The notes under the pieces are model-generated. The model did not search any database and had not been told where the DNA came from. It saw nothing but the letters and a program-made list of their open reading frames with translations. Position numbers and translations under genes: made by a program. From the IMG/VR virus record IMGVR_UViG_3300025314_000066, positions 1 through 32,036 of that record: 32,036 bases of DNA, one strand, 5' to 3'. This document shows, in pieces, positions 16,501 to 25,949 of this stretch (position 1 is the first letter of the stretch; each line of letters opens with the position of its first letter). Source of the stretch: a virus. Lineage: Duplodnaviria > Caudoviricetes.

Positions 16501-18218
16501 AACAGGAGGAGGAAGGGCGGTTCGGCCCTGCGGTCAACGGCTTCCTCAACTTCTTGTCCACCCCGTTCGGGTTCAACATCTTCATCCGGCCTGATGCCTT
16601 CCTGCAAACCGTGTTTGCGCTGGACGACGGTTCGGACTTTGCCCCCGAGGGCGAGACATTCCTGGGGACATTGATGCGCAAGTCGCCATTGATGATTAAC
16701 CCGTTGATTGATTCCGCCGCGAACCTGCTTGGTATTCAGGGGGATACCTTCGCACCGGACCCGCTGATGCTGGGGCAGTGGAGCAACCTTTCCACCAACG
16801 GCACGAACTTCGTGAAGTCTCACATGGGCGATGAGGTAGGCTCCCCGACCCGCAACAGCTATAGCGATCTGTTGGCATGGGTGCGAGAAAAGACCTCCGG
16901 CTATGTCGGGTTGCCAAAGATCGAGATGACGGATTCAACCCAGTATGCCCGACGTGATGTCAACTACTTCATCATGGAAGTGGCTGAGGAACGCGGCCTT
17001 GACCCGATGGGCGTTGAGGCAATGGCGGCAATGGACGATCCCGAGAGTTCGCTGTACAAGGAAGCCTTCAACCGCTACTCCGAGATGAAGTTGTGGGAAC
17101 ACGGGCTACGGTTCTTCCCGATTACGGCCCCGCTGTACCCGAAGGTGCGGCAGGAGCGTGGGGATGAAACCCGCTACATCATCAACAGCGCAGAGCCGGG
17201 AAGCAGTGAGCGCGAGGAAGCCATGAACCAGCGGGCTATCGCGCAAACGTCTGACCCGGAAGCGCGGACGCTTGCCTTGCAGCAAAAGGAATACACATCG
17301 CTTGGCAAGCCGGATGAACGCGATGCGTACAGTACCTACAACGGTATCCAGTACGGCGGCTTGAAGGAGCCGGTGGTGATCGACGGGGTGGCTGTTGACG
17401 ACTGGGTGCTGTTCGGCATGACGGAGGACGAACGCAAAACGGCTGCCGATGCGTGGGCTGAACAAACCGGCAATACTGACAAGGTTGAATCCGTGCGGGA
17501 ACTCCGCAAGGAATACCGCGAATCGCACCCTGAATATGCCGCGTATGTCGATTGGCGCGGGCAGGTATCCGACCACGAAGGTGGAGCGATTGAGTATTGG
17601 GCCGACCTTGCCGAGGGCAACCCCAACGCTGAACGGTATCTCTCCAATGTTGAGGAGGGGGAGCCCGGCGACGTCGAAATGAACCTGACCAGCGTGACTG
17701 CATACATGCAGTACATGGGTATCCGTCCAACCATCTACGACCCCAACCCGATTAGCACCAACAACGGGCAGGGGCAACCCTACAACCCGGCTGGTGCTAG
17801 CGATAGCAATGGGGAATGGGGTAGCGGATCGTCTACCACGATTGAAGAGGACCTGGTTGCATACGACGAGGAGATGACGGCATGGAATGCGAAGTACGGC
17901 GACCTGCGGAACATGACGCCACCGATGCGGGACGCGACGATGCAGATTGCCCGCGATAACGGCGACGAGATGCCATACCTTTCGGCCAAGGCAAAGGACT
18001 ACATGAAGTGGGTAGACGCGCAGACCCCTGGCACCGATACCAGTATCCCCGCGTATGAGAAGTGGAAGGAAGGGCAGGATGCCGACGTAGAGAAGAAGCC
18101 CGGCGATCAGTCCCCCGAGGATAGGGAGAAGGCCAAACGTAAGGAGAGTTCATACGCACCGACTCAACCTCAGTATGCAGGCGGTATCAATGAACTTCTA
18201 TCTCTGTTGCAGTTCTAG
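10524..18218 (+). CDS. Giant (2564 aa) ejection/polyvalent-type protein with internal ParB-like domain
   Basis: LQPR...DPILL...YVVAGHNRLEAARRL at about 13900-14150; helical C-terminal region (LFF...LRRVFFFHYW) resembling podophage large internal proteins. Confidence 0.75.
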   Translation: MVSDFERFLEGLTSSMGLPGAPTAPPPIRTQRPEPLPYSNATPQQQQAIQQASAGLPPDLVAQIAQLAAAPAAQQMPSPAINPNLMASTTMPMGYQQPARDTAPVQAPQPKPTDNPYAAKDGEGYVFVAYDTGTEEGEVTVAVPERYVPTLPAGTRVISEVIPASRRDDMAANNDLLEQQSDTVKNGIVPPKQVAVAKNPEILVVEDRQGNISTIYATEEVPQGSKVIRRGGGEQSGEKMVATGSPTVVGEMTDEQAAANRAQNTATVDAEGNIVEPDKEVRVLSIAELRAIDTPETTEMADRLEQSGLTEYRDDTAYIQDPETGRLTAMPMDEYLAQSEDANAPLPAMTTNIIRDEHGMHTEANELEAQGIYVIPDGKMAVKRNGTWTIVTAQENPANVDDVVYGGVSKPLEDKRIIGSGGDFIEGMKDLGGGVLPALAALDKPRRWTNEQMGSILYEQASGNDVNLPGWDPLTSFVLGAPGSDLKPGKTKLTSEEGSIGEWAKANPDKVIDLYENGYDANDDGVVDFTGGEAVFEYWVGQQNMLTRVVGEIAGDPLNIAAGGGGLLRRGATKVAGEAATTSIGRNLLSRGMNTTGRLLQLPDELMDAALSRTARGTYNTLTTEGVRTGLADKLATARITGKLFRDTDQVAMTKSQQDVDRSVSTLADQQALTRPMDNPPPTTGTVPPPTAPDVPPAPRTPDAPASGQPPTVVSSVDTPPIPREVIETLPPAQRALYENWDQQSLDIGGESPFSYREDGLPDAPNWGIATPRTDEDGRAVLELLEEDDYARRIVDETYVAVGKDLPDRWKFFADLHDPKARRFDAKEEELKARSIGQKQARGGKFDYPHKALSAVNEARYIIDDLIPDFKQAFPDREIPAYRFKNKAKTATLDSTENDDLLLETFIFGDADVSDAARRTLGTRAFNREDAHLAALIRTAGEYRTRYLDRLAGRVPEPRAAAPTPTISTEPLPTPRQAAPVEPEGIMDAPIVEPEPVRRGVGQEQQGDLRVPTERETAEARKQWNTENNRLRALMKENNVKPEWVSAYAQRKGHASAAGLTLDELTYLKNKLRTDAAGTKEMLEAFFEASAPKGVAGIESMAPADIRTTWGMKKRDLQKNLGIDKSLQPRSKPFDEEHVRGIVDNYVGERMDPILLKRGKDGNAYVVAGHNRLEAARRLNVDVPVRYTDASGDDLLRLSRETNMQNLGMSNANIAEDVRRMVDEGKSFEEIGRALKLSPDGIAKTPATMAERYYNYSFLNPDSNLARLTDQGILPMEISANAGRGIRNGALDQAEVQALAFRVSDNRLNPKKFDDILRRAIKRSEEGKSQQMGGMFEGMNVSDNLKAAEDEVDDLWRQWTKTHDDLRLANDSPVRSRTEIARLEAERARLADELDIPDAKIGMRNPTPEGYLSRDYQVDEGAAAATRTAPEFDNSGPLVDEMLDEDGNPIISAAQRMRDSGASPLFSQRQTPETRWAPRAVNQRGPTTAAVAVYGHPMGQWEFPSLNLDSISSRVNKKVANPFYKGESEFLSPRANTQRPSAQSRDADYWADTSRAPESEVRIVRGRVVTENDWDAHILSQRFDDGEQILDRWSRLADEYEGRGLTAEQADVRAADQVMADWGEQVIKDYDAKHGTSYHEKYVEEYERVTTTGKKEDRLEGTHAQIVATQRAIGGTNKATTIYDDYLGIMREMTLYNVLSGPRYIMTQLIGNTITAMITGNFGIIPRAIGEYKSSYQQMSGVNNDWVMKMLGGIGDGELSERTLRKGIRELEGEPRMILFDGTDRMMREWNIGTERGDIFNVVRDEVTEVGAPTKLHNLRLGSMQIGKRVDGVFANRAVRDMANAWDLSYRKAMYGHMLQQNNAGARIHMRNRMMETMPSSLPTSEFNRMWDEIPDFFGSDRIRQVFGEVDAKWADRMARDWQSAIRKMDMDARDKTYKLFFSGYERNADKALRRVFFFHYWMSRATPLYTEALMRNPGVMNAYVKMLAEIKEQEEEGRFGPAVNGFLNFLSTPFGFNIFIRPDAFLQTVFALDDGSDFAPEGETFLGTLMRKSPLMINPLIDSAANLLGIQGDTFAPDPLMLGQWSNLSTNGTNFVKSHMGDEVGSPTRNSYSDLLAWVREKTSGYVGLPKIEMTDSTQYARRDVNYFIMEVAEERGLDPMGVEAMAAMDDPESSLYKEAFNRYSEMKLWEHGLRFFPITAPLYPKVRQERGDETRYIINSAEPGSSEREEAMNQRAIAQTSDPEARTLALQQKEYTSLGKPDERDAYSTYNGIQYGGLKEPVVIDGVAVDDWVLFGMTEDERKTAADAWAEQTGNTDKVESVRELRKEYRESHPEYAAYVDWRGQVSDHEGGAIEYWADLAEGNPNAERYLSNVEEGEPGDVEMNLTSVTAYMQYMGIRPTIYDPNPISTNNGQGQPYNPAGASDSNGEWGSGSSTTIEEDLVAYDEEMTAWNAKYGDLRNMTPPMRDATMQIARDNGDEMPYLSAKAKDYMKWVDAQTPGTDTSIPAYEKWKEGQDADVEKKPGDQSPEDREKAKRKESSYAPTQPQYAGGINELLSLLQF

Positions 18219-18271
18219 TGTCAGTATGAAACGTACTCTAGTGATATGGCGGAAAACGCCAAGGAGGAAAG

Positions 18272-19039
18272 ATGGAACGTAACCAGTACGAGCAGAATCC
18301 CAACGCCCCGGTTCCCGCGTCAGCCGATAGCCCGCAGCCTGTTTACAACGAGGTAAACCAGGGTGGTCAGGGATATGCGCCTGGTGCCGCAGCCGAGCCG
18401 ATTCAGGAAGAGCCCGTTGATTACGCTGCCAGAGCGCAAGCGCTTGAAGCAGAGAAGCAGCGCATTGAACAAGAGAACGCGCAAATGCAGGCCACGTTGC
18501 AGAACGTCCGAATGTGGGCAGAGCAGCAGGCCGCTCAACAGGAGCAGCAACAGCGTCAGGCGCAGATTCAAAGCCGAGAGCAAGAGATTCTTAACCGCGC
18601 CGATACGATGCCGAGCGACGACGCCCGGAAGTACATCGCAGAGGAAATGCGGAAACTGCGAGATGAGGATGCTAACCAGTATCGAAATCAACTGGAGCAA
18701 ACAAAACGTACGCTTGCCCGTCCGTTGTACATCGACAACCTTGTGAAGTCGCATGGGCTTTCCGATGAGGATCGTCAAACACTTCTCGGGCTCGAAAACC
18801 CGGATGATGCAGCGCGTATGGCTCCCTACCTCAAAGCGCAGAAGCAACAGTATTCCACACTCCAACAGCAAATTGACCAACTTTCTCGATCCCAACAGGC
18901 GCAGCAGCTGCAAGGTACTGGCGTCGGGCTCGTGGGTGGGGTAAACGGGCCGACAGGCAACGTGGCGCTTCCAACAAACCCTGATGAAAAGGCCGCGTAT
19001 GTCTACGCGCAGTTGAAGTCGGGCACCTACAGAGGATAA
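18272..19039 (+). CDS. Capsid scaffolding protein
   Basis: Gln/Glu coiled-coil protein immediately before the major capsid gene; RBS AAGGAGG. Confidence 0.7.
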   Translation: MERNQYEQNPNAPVPASADSPQPVYNEVNQGGQGYAPGAAAEPIQEEPVDYAARAQALEAEKQRIEQENAQMQATLQNVRMWAEQQAAQQEQQQRQAQIQSREQEILNRADTMPSDDARKYIAEEMRKLRDEDANQYRNQLEQTKRTLARPLYIDNLVKSHGLSDEDRQTLLGLENPDDAARMAPYLKAQKQQYSTLQQQIDQLSRSQQAQQLQGTGVGLVGGVNGPTGNVALPTNPDEKAAYVYAQLKSGTYRG

Positions 19040-19043
19040 CGAC

Positions 19044-20273
19044 ATGGCTGTAACCACACTGAGGGCGGCACAAACGTCCTACCCCACCACGTTTGATGGT
19101 GGTACGTCTGACCAGTTCTCCGGCAATGGCCTGGGCATTGGCCCGTTCATGGACGCGATTGAGCGACAGGATACCAAAATCCTGAACTCCATGAAAAAGG
19201 GCAAGGCCGGTAACCAGCGCAAGGAACGAACGGGTATGCACGGGGTAACCCCTCGTGGCTCCAAGGTTGGGTCTGCGGTTCTTGCCGCCGATACCACCGT
19301 GAATCTTCCTGCCGGGCATGGTGTCCGATTTCAGCAGGGCCACGTACTCCAGGTGACCGCCGCTGCCAGTGGAGCAACCGAGATTATGTGGGTCAACGCT
19401 GATCCGGCTACCGGCTCCCTGTCCGTGAAACGGGCGCAGGCTGGCACCACTGCCATTGGCTTCGCTGCCAATGACACGATCCGCATTATCGGTATCGCAA
19501 TGCCACAACTCTCCGATTACCCCCTCGCGCCTGTCTCCCGTGGCCGGATGTTCCACAACTTCTATCAGGAGTTCAGCAAGCATCTGACCATCTCGAACCA
19601 GGCTGATCAGGAACCAAGCATTGAGTTCCCGCAGGGTGGCCTTCTTGCGAAGGACATGGTGAAGCTCGGTAAAGAGTTGAAGATGGACCTTGAACAGGCG
19701 TTCATCAATGGTCGCCGCCAAGAGGGTACTCCTGACCCGAGCAACCCGATTCCGGCCATGACTGGTGGCTTGATCCAGTTCGCGGAACTCTCCGGTAACG
19801 TGTTCAACGTGGGTGGCGCTGCCGTCCTGCTGAGCATCGACGTTATCAATGAGGCGCTGATTACGCTTGACGAGTCGATTGGTGACAATCGCGGGGCCAA
19901 GATGTTGATGAGCCACCGCACCAAGCAAATCTTCAATCGGCTGAAGTACCCATCGGACTACAATCGTGGCACCGATGGCACCAATGTTGACCTGCGCTGG
20001 AACACCGTGGAGACTGACTTCGGGCGACTGGAGTTTGAGTCTGAGTACGGTATCCCGGACGGCCTTATCATCCTGTTCGACCCGAGCGAGATGGAGTACG
20101 CACCATTTGTCGGTGAGGATTGGCACGAGAAGGACGTACCGACCAAGGGTAACTACAAGTGGCGCGGCGTTTCCGGCACCTACACCTTCCGACCAGGTGC
20201 AGTTCCGGGCTATGCGCTCATCAACAACTTCAACACGACCCTGAGTGCATATCCGGCATGGGGCACACCGTAG
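19044..20273 (+). CDS. Major capsid protein (DUF5309/SU10-like)
   Basis: NFYQEFSKHLTIS, ELKMDLEQAFINGRR, MTGGLIQF and VETDFGRL motifs; position after the scaffold. Confidence 0.85.
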   Translation: MAVTTLRAAQTSYPTTFDGGTSDQFSGNGLGIGPFMDAIERQDTKILNSMKKGKAGNQRKERTGMHGVTPRGSKVGSAVLAADTTVNLPAGHGVRFQQGHVLQVTAAASGATEIMWVNADPATGSLSVKRAQAGTTAIGFAANDTIRIIGIAMPQLSDYPLAPVSRGRMFHNFYQEFSKHLTISNQADQEPSIEFPQGGLLAKDMVKLGKELKMDLEQAFINGRRQEGTPDPSNPIPAMTGGLIQFAELSGNVFNVGGAAVLLSIDVINEALITLDESIGDNRGAKMLMSHRTKQIFNRLKYPSDYNRGTDGTNVDLRWNTVETDFGRLEFESEYGIPDGLIILFDPSEMEYAPFVGEDWHEKDVPTKGNYKWRGVSGTYTFRPGAVPGYALINNFNTTLSAYPAWGTP

Positions 20274-20303
20274 CGCATAGCTTCGTAGCATAGGAGTACC
20301 ATC

Positions 20304-20519
20304 ATGGCTGTACTGAGTAAAGAACTGATCGGTGGGCGCGAAACCAAGGAAGCCGTCGTGTATAGCGCCGGTAACCTCGACACTTCTTTCGCAGAAGTGG
20401 CATGGTCCAGCACCACAGAGCACGGCACCCGGACCGTGACCCTCGATAAGGCGGTTGCCGCGAACCAGGCTGACCGCGACGTGATTGATGCCCGCGTGGA
20501 CGCTGCGGCGGACGTATAG
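20304..20519 (+). CDS. Small virion protein (possible capsid accessory)
   Basis: RBS AGGAG; lies between the capsid gene and a terminator. Confidence 0.6.
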   Translation: MAVLSKELIGGRETKEAVVYSAGNLDTSFAEVAWSSTTEHGTRTVTLDKAVAANQADRDVIDARVDAAADV

Positions 20520-20528
20520 GCATCTATG

Positions 20529-20565
20529 GAAAGGGGTGGTGGTTCTGCCACTGCCCCTTCTTTGT
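20529..20565 (+). terminator. Rho-independent terminator after capsid genes
   Basis: AAGGGGTGGTGG/CCACTGCCCCTT stem followed by CTTTGT. Confidence 0.75.
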
Positions 20566-20576
20566 AAGGAGCGAAC

Positions 20577-21035
20577 ATGGGACGAAACGCAAGCACAACC
20601 ACCCTCACGTCTGTTGAAAACATGGACCTTGCCAGTCTTGCTGAGGCAGAGTTGGAGGACATCTACAAGGGTGCCCCTGATCGGTTCAGCGATGCCGGTG
20701 ATCCTTCCCCGGTAATCGAGCATGTAGACGTTGAGAACGCACCTGATGTAGATGCGGTGGACGACCTGATTCTGCTGGTGAATATCAAACACACCGAGGA
20801 GAAGGTGTTCCTGACGGACGATAGTGGCAAGCGTTGGTCTGGCGATACGGCGCAGTTCACCAATGGTCGCCTGATTACGGATCGTGATACCGCGAACAAG
20901 GTCCTTGCCGCTGCCCCGCATGTGTATGAGGAGCCCAAGACTGGCGAGTGGTTCACCCACGATGAGAGTGGCTTCCGCACCCGTAACCATACCAAGTGGC
21001 AGCAGTACGTCCAGATGTGGGCGGATAACAGGTAA
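20577..21035 (+). CDS. Hypothetical acidic phage protein
   Basis: RBS AAGGAG; stop overlaps the next start (TAATG). Confidence 0.7.
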   Translation: MGRNASTTTLTSVENMDLASLAEAELEDIYKGAPDRFSDAGDPSPVIEHVDVENAPDVDAVDDLILLVNIKHTEEKVFLTDDSGKRWSGDTAQFTNGRLITDRDTANKVLAAAPHVYEEPKTGEWFTHDESGFRTRNHTKWQQYVQMWADNR

Positions 21036-22852
21036 TGGCTAGTCGCGTTGGCAGTGACCCCATTACCAAGGAATCTATCGGGCTTGGCAATGTTGATAAC
21101 ACTGCCGACGTAGACAAGCCGATTAGTGCAGAACAACAAACGGCGCTCTCCCGCGTTGACCCCGGCACTACGGGGGCAGCGGGCGAGTATATGACGCTCG
21201 GTATTGGTGGCGTCCCCGCATGGATGGGCGAGGCCACGGTAAACGTGCTGCATCCCCGCTTCAGCGTGCCTGCCAGTGGCGATACCACGGCGGCGCTGCA
21301 AGCCATTATCACCGCCAACCCTGGCCAGACGATTGTATTCCCTCCCCATACCTACGACTTCACAACGCTCAACATCCCCGACGCGGATACGCATATCGTT
21401 CTGATGGCGGGCGCGGTGCTGAACAAGACCACATCATTCACTGACGGCATTGTTGTCACGGGAGCCAATGTCACAATCAGCGGCCCCGGCAGGATTCAAT
21501 GCCCGGCAGCGTGGAACGCGGTCAATACCGCCTGGACGTATGCCGTTGTGCATGTGAAGGGCGATGGATTCACGGCGGACGGTGTGCGGTTTATCAATGT
21601 CCCCAAGGTTTGCATCGGCATCCGCGATGTGAACGACGCGCAGGTGCTTGGCTGCCGCATCAATGGCAATATCCCGCAGTCGTACTACACCGGCACGGAA
21701 ACCGGGCACTTCGCTATCTGCTACGACCCACCTGCGACTGAGCCGAATGGCAACGTCGTTGTCACTGGCAATCTGATCAGATCGTGTGTGCAGGGTTTTA
21801 TCGAGGGCAACTTCGGTACTGGCACGGTGTCGCTCGGCATCACGATCAGTGGCAATACCTTTGAGCGTTGCCGGGATCATGGCATCTATCTCAGCAACGC
21901 TCTCGGCACCCTCATCAGTGGCAATAACTTCTCGCGCTGCCGTGTTCCGGTCGCCGCCACCGGAGACTTCCATGTGGTTGACGGCAATACGATGTACACC
22001 GATACCACGGATGCGCTGCATGACGTGACTGGTATCAGCCTGCGCAACGCCAACGGCTGTGTCGTTTCCCATAACACCATCAAGGGTGTGTCACTGGCGA
22101 GCGGCACGGTTATCTCGATTACACGCCTGACGACTTCCGGCCCGATCAATAACAACATTGTTGAAGGCAATACGATCATCTGTTCGGGTGGCGCGGGGCG
22201 GGGTATTTCCGTTGGCCCGTCCAGCCTGGCAACAGAGATGTCCGGCAATATCATCCGGGGCAACATCGTCAAGGTGCCGGTTGTCGCCAACTTCGGGATC
22301 ATCTCCCTAACGGCGTCGGCAACAGTTCGTGGCACGCACAACGAGGTGAGCGGTAACACCATCACCTATATCAACGCCACCAACTCCTACGGTATCCACC
22401 TGAACTACCAGGACCATGCCATTGTCCGCGAGAACCTTATCAAGTGGGAAGTGGACGCGGCGTCGGCAACAGTCATTGACGGTGTGCGTATGGTGGATTC
22501 CATCGACTGTGTGATTGAGAGCAACAGGCAAGTGGTCACGCCTGCATGGGGCACGAACATCACTATTCGTGGCCACCACGAATCCGGTACATCCGACTAC
22601 AACTACGTTGCCAACAATGTCTATCTCTATGACCTGACCAAGCTGACCGGGGCAACACCGTTGCTCATGCTCGGCGCGAACTCCATCCGCGACAACAACC
22701 GCACAGCCCGCGCGTGGCCGTCACATGAGACAGGAGCGGGTGCACCAAGTGCTGCGCGTCCGAACGGCTCAACCTACCGGCGTACCGACGGGGTAAGCAC
22801 TACTGACAACCTGTATATCCGCAGAAGCGGGGCGTGGGTAGGTATCGCCTAG
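21035..22852 (+). CDS. Tailspike with right-handed parallel beta-helix (pectate-lyase-like)
   Basis: N-terminal IGLGNVDNTADVDKPIS tail-fibre motif; DTTAALQ...VFPP..Y entry motif; many ISGN/VEGN/IRGN repeats. Confidence 0.85.
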   Translation: MASRVGSDPITKESIGLGNVDNTADVDKPISAEQQTALSRVDPGTTGAAGEYMTLGIGGVPAWMGEATVNVLHPRFSVPASGDTTAALQAIITANPGQTIVFPPHTYDFTTLNIPDADTHIVLMAGAVLNKTTSFTDGIVVTGANVTISGPGRIQCPAAWNAVNTAWTYAVVHVKGDGFTADGVRFINVPKVCIGIRDVNDAQVLGCRINGNIPQSYYTGTETGHFAICYDPPATEPNGNVVVTGNLIRSCVQGFIEGNFGTGTVSLGITISGNTFERCRDHGIYLSNALGTLISGNNFSRCRVPVAATGDFHVVDGNTMYTDTTDALHDVTGISLRNANGCVVSHNTIKGVSLASGTVISITRLTTSGPINNNIVEGNTIICSGGAGRGISVGPSSLATEMSGNIIRGNIVKVPVVANFGIISLTASATVRGTHNEVSGNTITYINATNSYGIHLNYQDHAIVRENLIKWEVDAASATVIDGVRMVDSIDCVIESNRQVVTPAWGTNITIRGHHESGTSDYNYVANNVYLYDLTKLTGATPLLMLGANSIRDNNRTARAWPSHETGAGAPSAARPNGSTYRRTDGVSTTDNLYIRRSGAWVGIA

Positions 22853-22868
22853 CGGCGGGGAGAGTATC

Positions 22869-24002
22869 ATGGCTATTCGAGGCATCATAGGCGAAACACT
22901 GCGAACCAGCATCAATCACTTTGATGCCTCTGGCAACGCGATCCTTGGCGCAACCTTCACTGTTCTTACCGCCAATCGACCGGACGACACGGTGTTCCCG
23001 GTATCGTTCCGGGAGATTGGCGGCGGCACGTATGAAGCGTCGGTTGTCACCACGGTTTACGATGTGACCGGCGAATGGTTCCTGCTGGTTCAGGCCGACA
23101 ACGGGTTCCGGTACGAGGAAACCTTTGACATCATCGGGTATCCGCTGAGCCAGGAAATCGTCCCGGCCCCGGTGTATCCGCAACTTGGCCCCAGCCGGTC
23201 TGAATTACGGCGTGCAGTGGCTGAATCCCTTGGCGACCTCACGACAGTGACGGCAACCGCGACCGGCACCGAGGCGATGATTGTCGATAACGTGAACCTC
23301 GCACAGGAAGTCAACGCCTTCAAGGGGATGCAGGTTATCTGTATCTCGTCGGCGTCGGCGCAGAACGTGGGGCATATTGGCACGGTGATGAGCAACAACC
23401 CGACAAATCGTTCGATCATGATTGAGCCGCCGTTGCCTGCGTTATCTGTCCCCGGCGATACCTATGAGATGTACAACTACCGGGGTAACGGCTGGAAGGT
23501 AGATCAGTACAACCGGGCTATAAACCAGGCGATTGCGCGGGCCGGTGATGAACACGCGCCGCTGCCTTACGATGTGACGATTGACCATGATGCTGAATAC
23601 CTGTCGATCCCGGCTGAGTTCTCCCACTTCTCGGGGGTGCAGGCGATTGATCGGTACGGCAAACGCAAGGAAGTCCCGGCCAAGAACCTGCACTTGTCAC
23701 GCGGCACCCGCGAGTTCTCCCTGAGTGGCAACTATTCCTACTCGGGCCGTGGATATTCCACCTTGCGCATCATCGGGTCACGCCGTCCTGACCAGTTGCT
23801 ATCAGACGATATGCGCACACACATTCCCTTTGACTGGGTGGTGCATGAGGCGGCAGCGATCCTGTTGCAGCATGACGTAAGCATGGGCATTACCCAAGGC
23901 GAGCGTGACCGGATGCTGGCAATGGAGCGGCAAGGCGCGGATGGCAGGCGAAGTATGGTAATCCGGTCTTTCCCACCAGGAACAGTCAAGCTGCCAAGTT
24001 AG
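22869..24002 (+). CDS. Putative head-tail adaptor / tail tubular protein A with N-terminal beta-rich extension
   Basis: SELRRAV...YNRAINQAIAR...YLSIPAEF pattern; precedes a nozzle-sized gene. Confidence 0.55.
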   Translation: MAIRGIIGETLRTSINHFDASGNAILGATFTVLTANRPDDTVFPVSFREIGGGTYEASVVTTVYDVTGEWFLLVQADNGFRYEETFDIIGYPLSQEIVPAPVYPQLGPSRSELRRAVAESLGDLTTVTATATGTEAMIVDNVNLAQEVNAFKGMQVICISSASAQNVGHIGTVMSNNPTNRSIMIEPPLPALSVPGDTYEMYNYRGNGWKVDQYNRAINQAIARAGDEHAPLPYDVTIDHDAEYLSIPAEFSHFSGVQAIDRYGKRKEVPAKNLHLSRGTREFSLSGNYSYSGRGYSTLRIIGSRRPDQLLSDDMRTHIPFDWVVHEAAAILLQHDVSMGITQGERDRMLAMERQGADGRRSMVIRSFPPGTVKLPS

Positions 24003-24011
24003 GGGTAACGC

Positions 24012-25949
24012 ATGAAGCACGTCCAGGCAAACAACAATACCGTTCGGCTGGATGGCATCGACCTTCCGGTTGAGGGCGACGTGCGTCCGAACAATCTTGC
24101 ACGGTTGATGGGCAAGGTCACGTTTGGCGATTACTCGCAGGATTCTGACCCGCTGCAAAGCGTGGCAATCTGGTCATCGTTTACGGGCGGTATCGGCAAT
24201 GAAACCTTGAAAGAGGGTGTTGATGACGAAACGTACTGGACGGGCACACTCGAAACACGCTATCCGGGAATGGTTACGCTACCTGCGCTTACGCACACAT
24301 TCCCCGCACCGTCTGGTGACGTATCGAGAGCCTATCCACTGGAGGACTATCCGGCTCGGGCACCGTCACTATGGTGCGCGTTTAGCACGACACTCGCGAG
24401 GTGGAACGACACAACCCGCGTCTTTACGTCAATCGGGACACTGGCAGCAGAGCCCACGAACAAGGCCGTAGAGTACAACAATCTCTTGTGGATACCCCTT
24501 GGCCTTGGCGGGTATGCCACGGTCAACGATCTTGGCACGATCACCCCGTATACCGATCTGAACATCATTGCCTTTGTGGTATGGGATAACAAGATCGTGG
24601 CGCTCACCTATGAGGGTGTGCTGCGGATCAAGTATCTGGCAACGGCGTGGGAAGTGGCTGACCCGAACCTTGCCCTTCCATCCGGGCATGTGCCCCGCAA
24701 CCTTGTGGTGTTCATGGACCAGCGGCAGGACCCGACGATTCACATCATCACCAATCGAGATGTGTGGGCGTATGACCGGGGACTTGCACGGCTGGTGCGA
24801 ACACATTTGCAGTTCCCCCGGCACCCGGATCAGGGCTTGGCATCGACCGTATGGCGTGGCGAATCCATGTACGTCAGTGTTGGCCTCGGTATCCACGGGT
24901 ACAACGGCGGCATCATCACATCAATGGGGCCGGACGGACGGCACGGGCTACCGGCTGATCTGCGTGGCCGCGTGGTTGATTTGGAGCCAGAGTATAACGG
25001 GCTGATTGCCGTGATCGAGGGGGCGCAGGTCGTAGTCAGCGAGGGGCAAGAGTTCTACCATGTGCGCCGTCAGTACCAGGACGATATGACGGGATTCCCC
25101 ACGGTGAACGCACGGTCCACTATCCTGCGCTTTACCGGATATGGCTGGCATCCTGTCTGGACAAGCCCGGATGTAAGCGGGTTACCCACATGGGCACATG
25201 TATCGGAAGCAGATGGTGAGTACCGGCTGTGGTGGGGCTATGCTGGCGAGATGTACTATCAGGACTTGCCCGTGACGTTCCACAATCCCAAGGCAGGGAT
25301 GCAGGTCGGGGTTGCTGACTTTGCCCCACGCGGGTCGCTGACGACCGGATGGTTTGACGCGGATATGATCGCGTTCTACAAGTTGAACGGCCACTGCGAA
25401 ATCAATACCGAAGATGTGTTCAGCGACGGCACGCCTACGGGCGAAATCAGTTTGTTCTACCAGAGCGATACTGATCCGGGCTGGCACCTGATGGGCAAGA
25501 TGGACCGGATTGGGCGGGCAATATTCCCGTTCAACCTGATTGAGACTGAGGGCGATGCGACATTCAGCGCCGGATTGCTGACACGGCGTATCCGGTTCCG
25601 TCTGGACTTTGCCAGTGACAACCCCAAGTATTCCCCGGTGATGCGTTCCTTCCTTGTGAAGTTCATCAAGATACCGCTGTCCACTATCACGTGGACGTTT
25701 GAGGTGGACTTGAAGAAGGTGTCGTTTATGGGCATGGGCGTCAACGACATTGCCAACCATCTCGACGACCTCGCTCACAGTACCGAGTTGTGCGAGTTCA
25801 TCCACCGTGACCGGCATTACCGTGTCCGGGTGGCGCAAGTATCCGGCTCGGAAAAGACAGGCGTAGACCCGCGTTCTGTGAAACAGCTTTCGATTGTCGA
25901 AATGGTGCTCCCCGCGAATGAGTTGAGGGAGCCGCCAAGTGGACCGTGA
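24012..25949 (+). CDS. Putative tail nozzle / tail tubular protein B (beta-propeller-like)
   Basis: 645 aa, beta-rich with W/Y-D repeats; C-terminal RRIRFRL motif; synteny. Confidence 0.6.
   Translation: MKHVQANNNTVRLDGIDLPVEGDVRPNNLARLMGKVTFGDYSQDSDPLQSVAIWSSFTGGIGNETLKEGVDDETYWTGTLETRYPGMVTLPALTHTFPAPSGDVSRAYPLEDYPARAPSLWCAFSTTLARWNDTTRVFTSIGTLAAEPTNKAVEYNNLLWIPLGLGGYATVNDLGTITPYTDLNIIAFVVWDNKIVALTYEGVLRIKYLATAWEVADPNLALPSGHVPRNLVVFMDQRQDPTIHIITNRDVWAYDRGLARLVRTHLQFPRHPDQGLASTVWRGESMYVSVGLGIHGYNGGIITSMGPDGRHGLPADLRGRVVDLEPEYNGLIAVIEGAQVVVSEGQEFYHVRRQYQDDMTGFPTVNARSTILRFTGYGWHPVWTSPDVSGLPTWAHVSEADGEYRLWWGYAGEMYYQDLPVTFHNPKAGMQVGVADFAPRGSLTTGWFDADMIAFYKLNGHCEINTEDVFSDGTPTGEISLFYQSDTDPGWHLMGKMDRIGRAIFPFNLIETEGDATFSAGLLTRRIRFRLDFASDNPKYSPVMRSFLVKFIKIPLSTITWTFEVDLKKVSFMGMGVNDIANHLDDLAHSTELCEFIHRDRHYRVRVAQVSGSEKTGVDPRSVKQLSIVEMVLPANELREPPSGP

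Noticed and set aside
18831-20990. 719-aa antisense ORF over scaffold/capsid genes
   Set aside because: Shadow of GC-biased codon usage on the coding strand; no motifs or RBS.
22311-22474. Direct repeat CGGCGTCGGCAACAGT in the tailspike
   Set aside because: Encodes ASATV in two beta-helix coils; explained by protein repetition, with no reverse transcriptase or DGR pattern.
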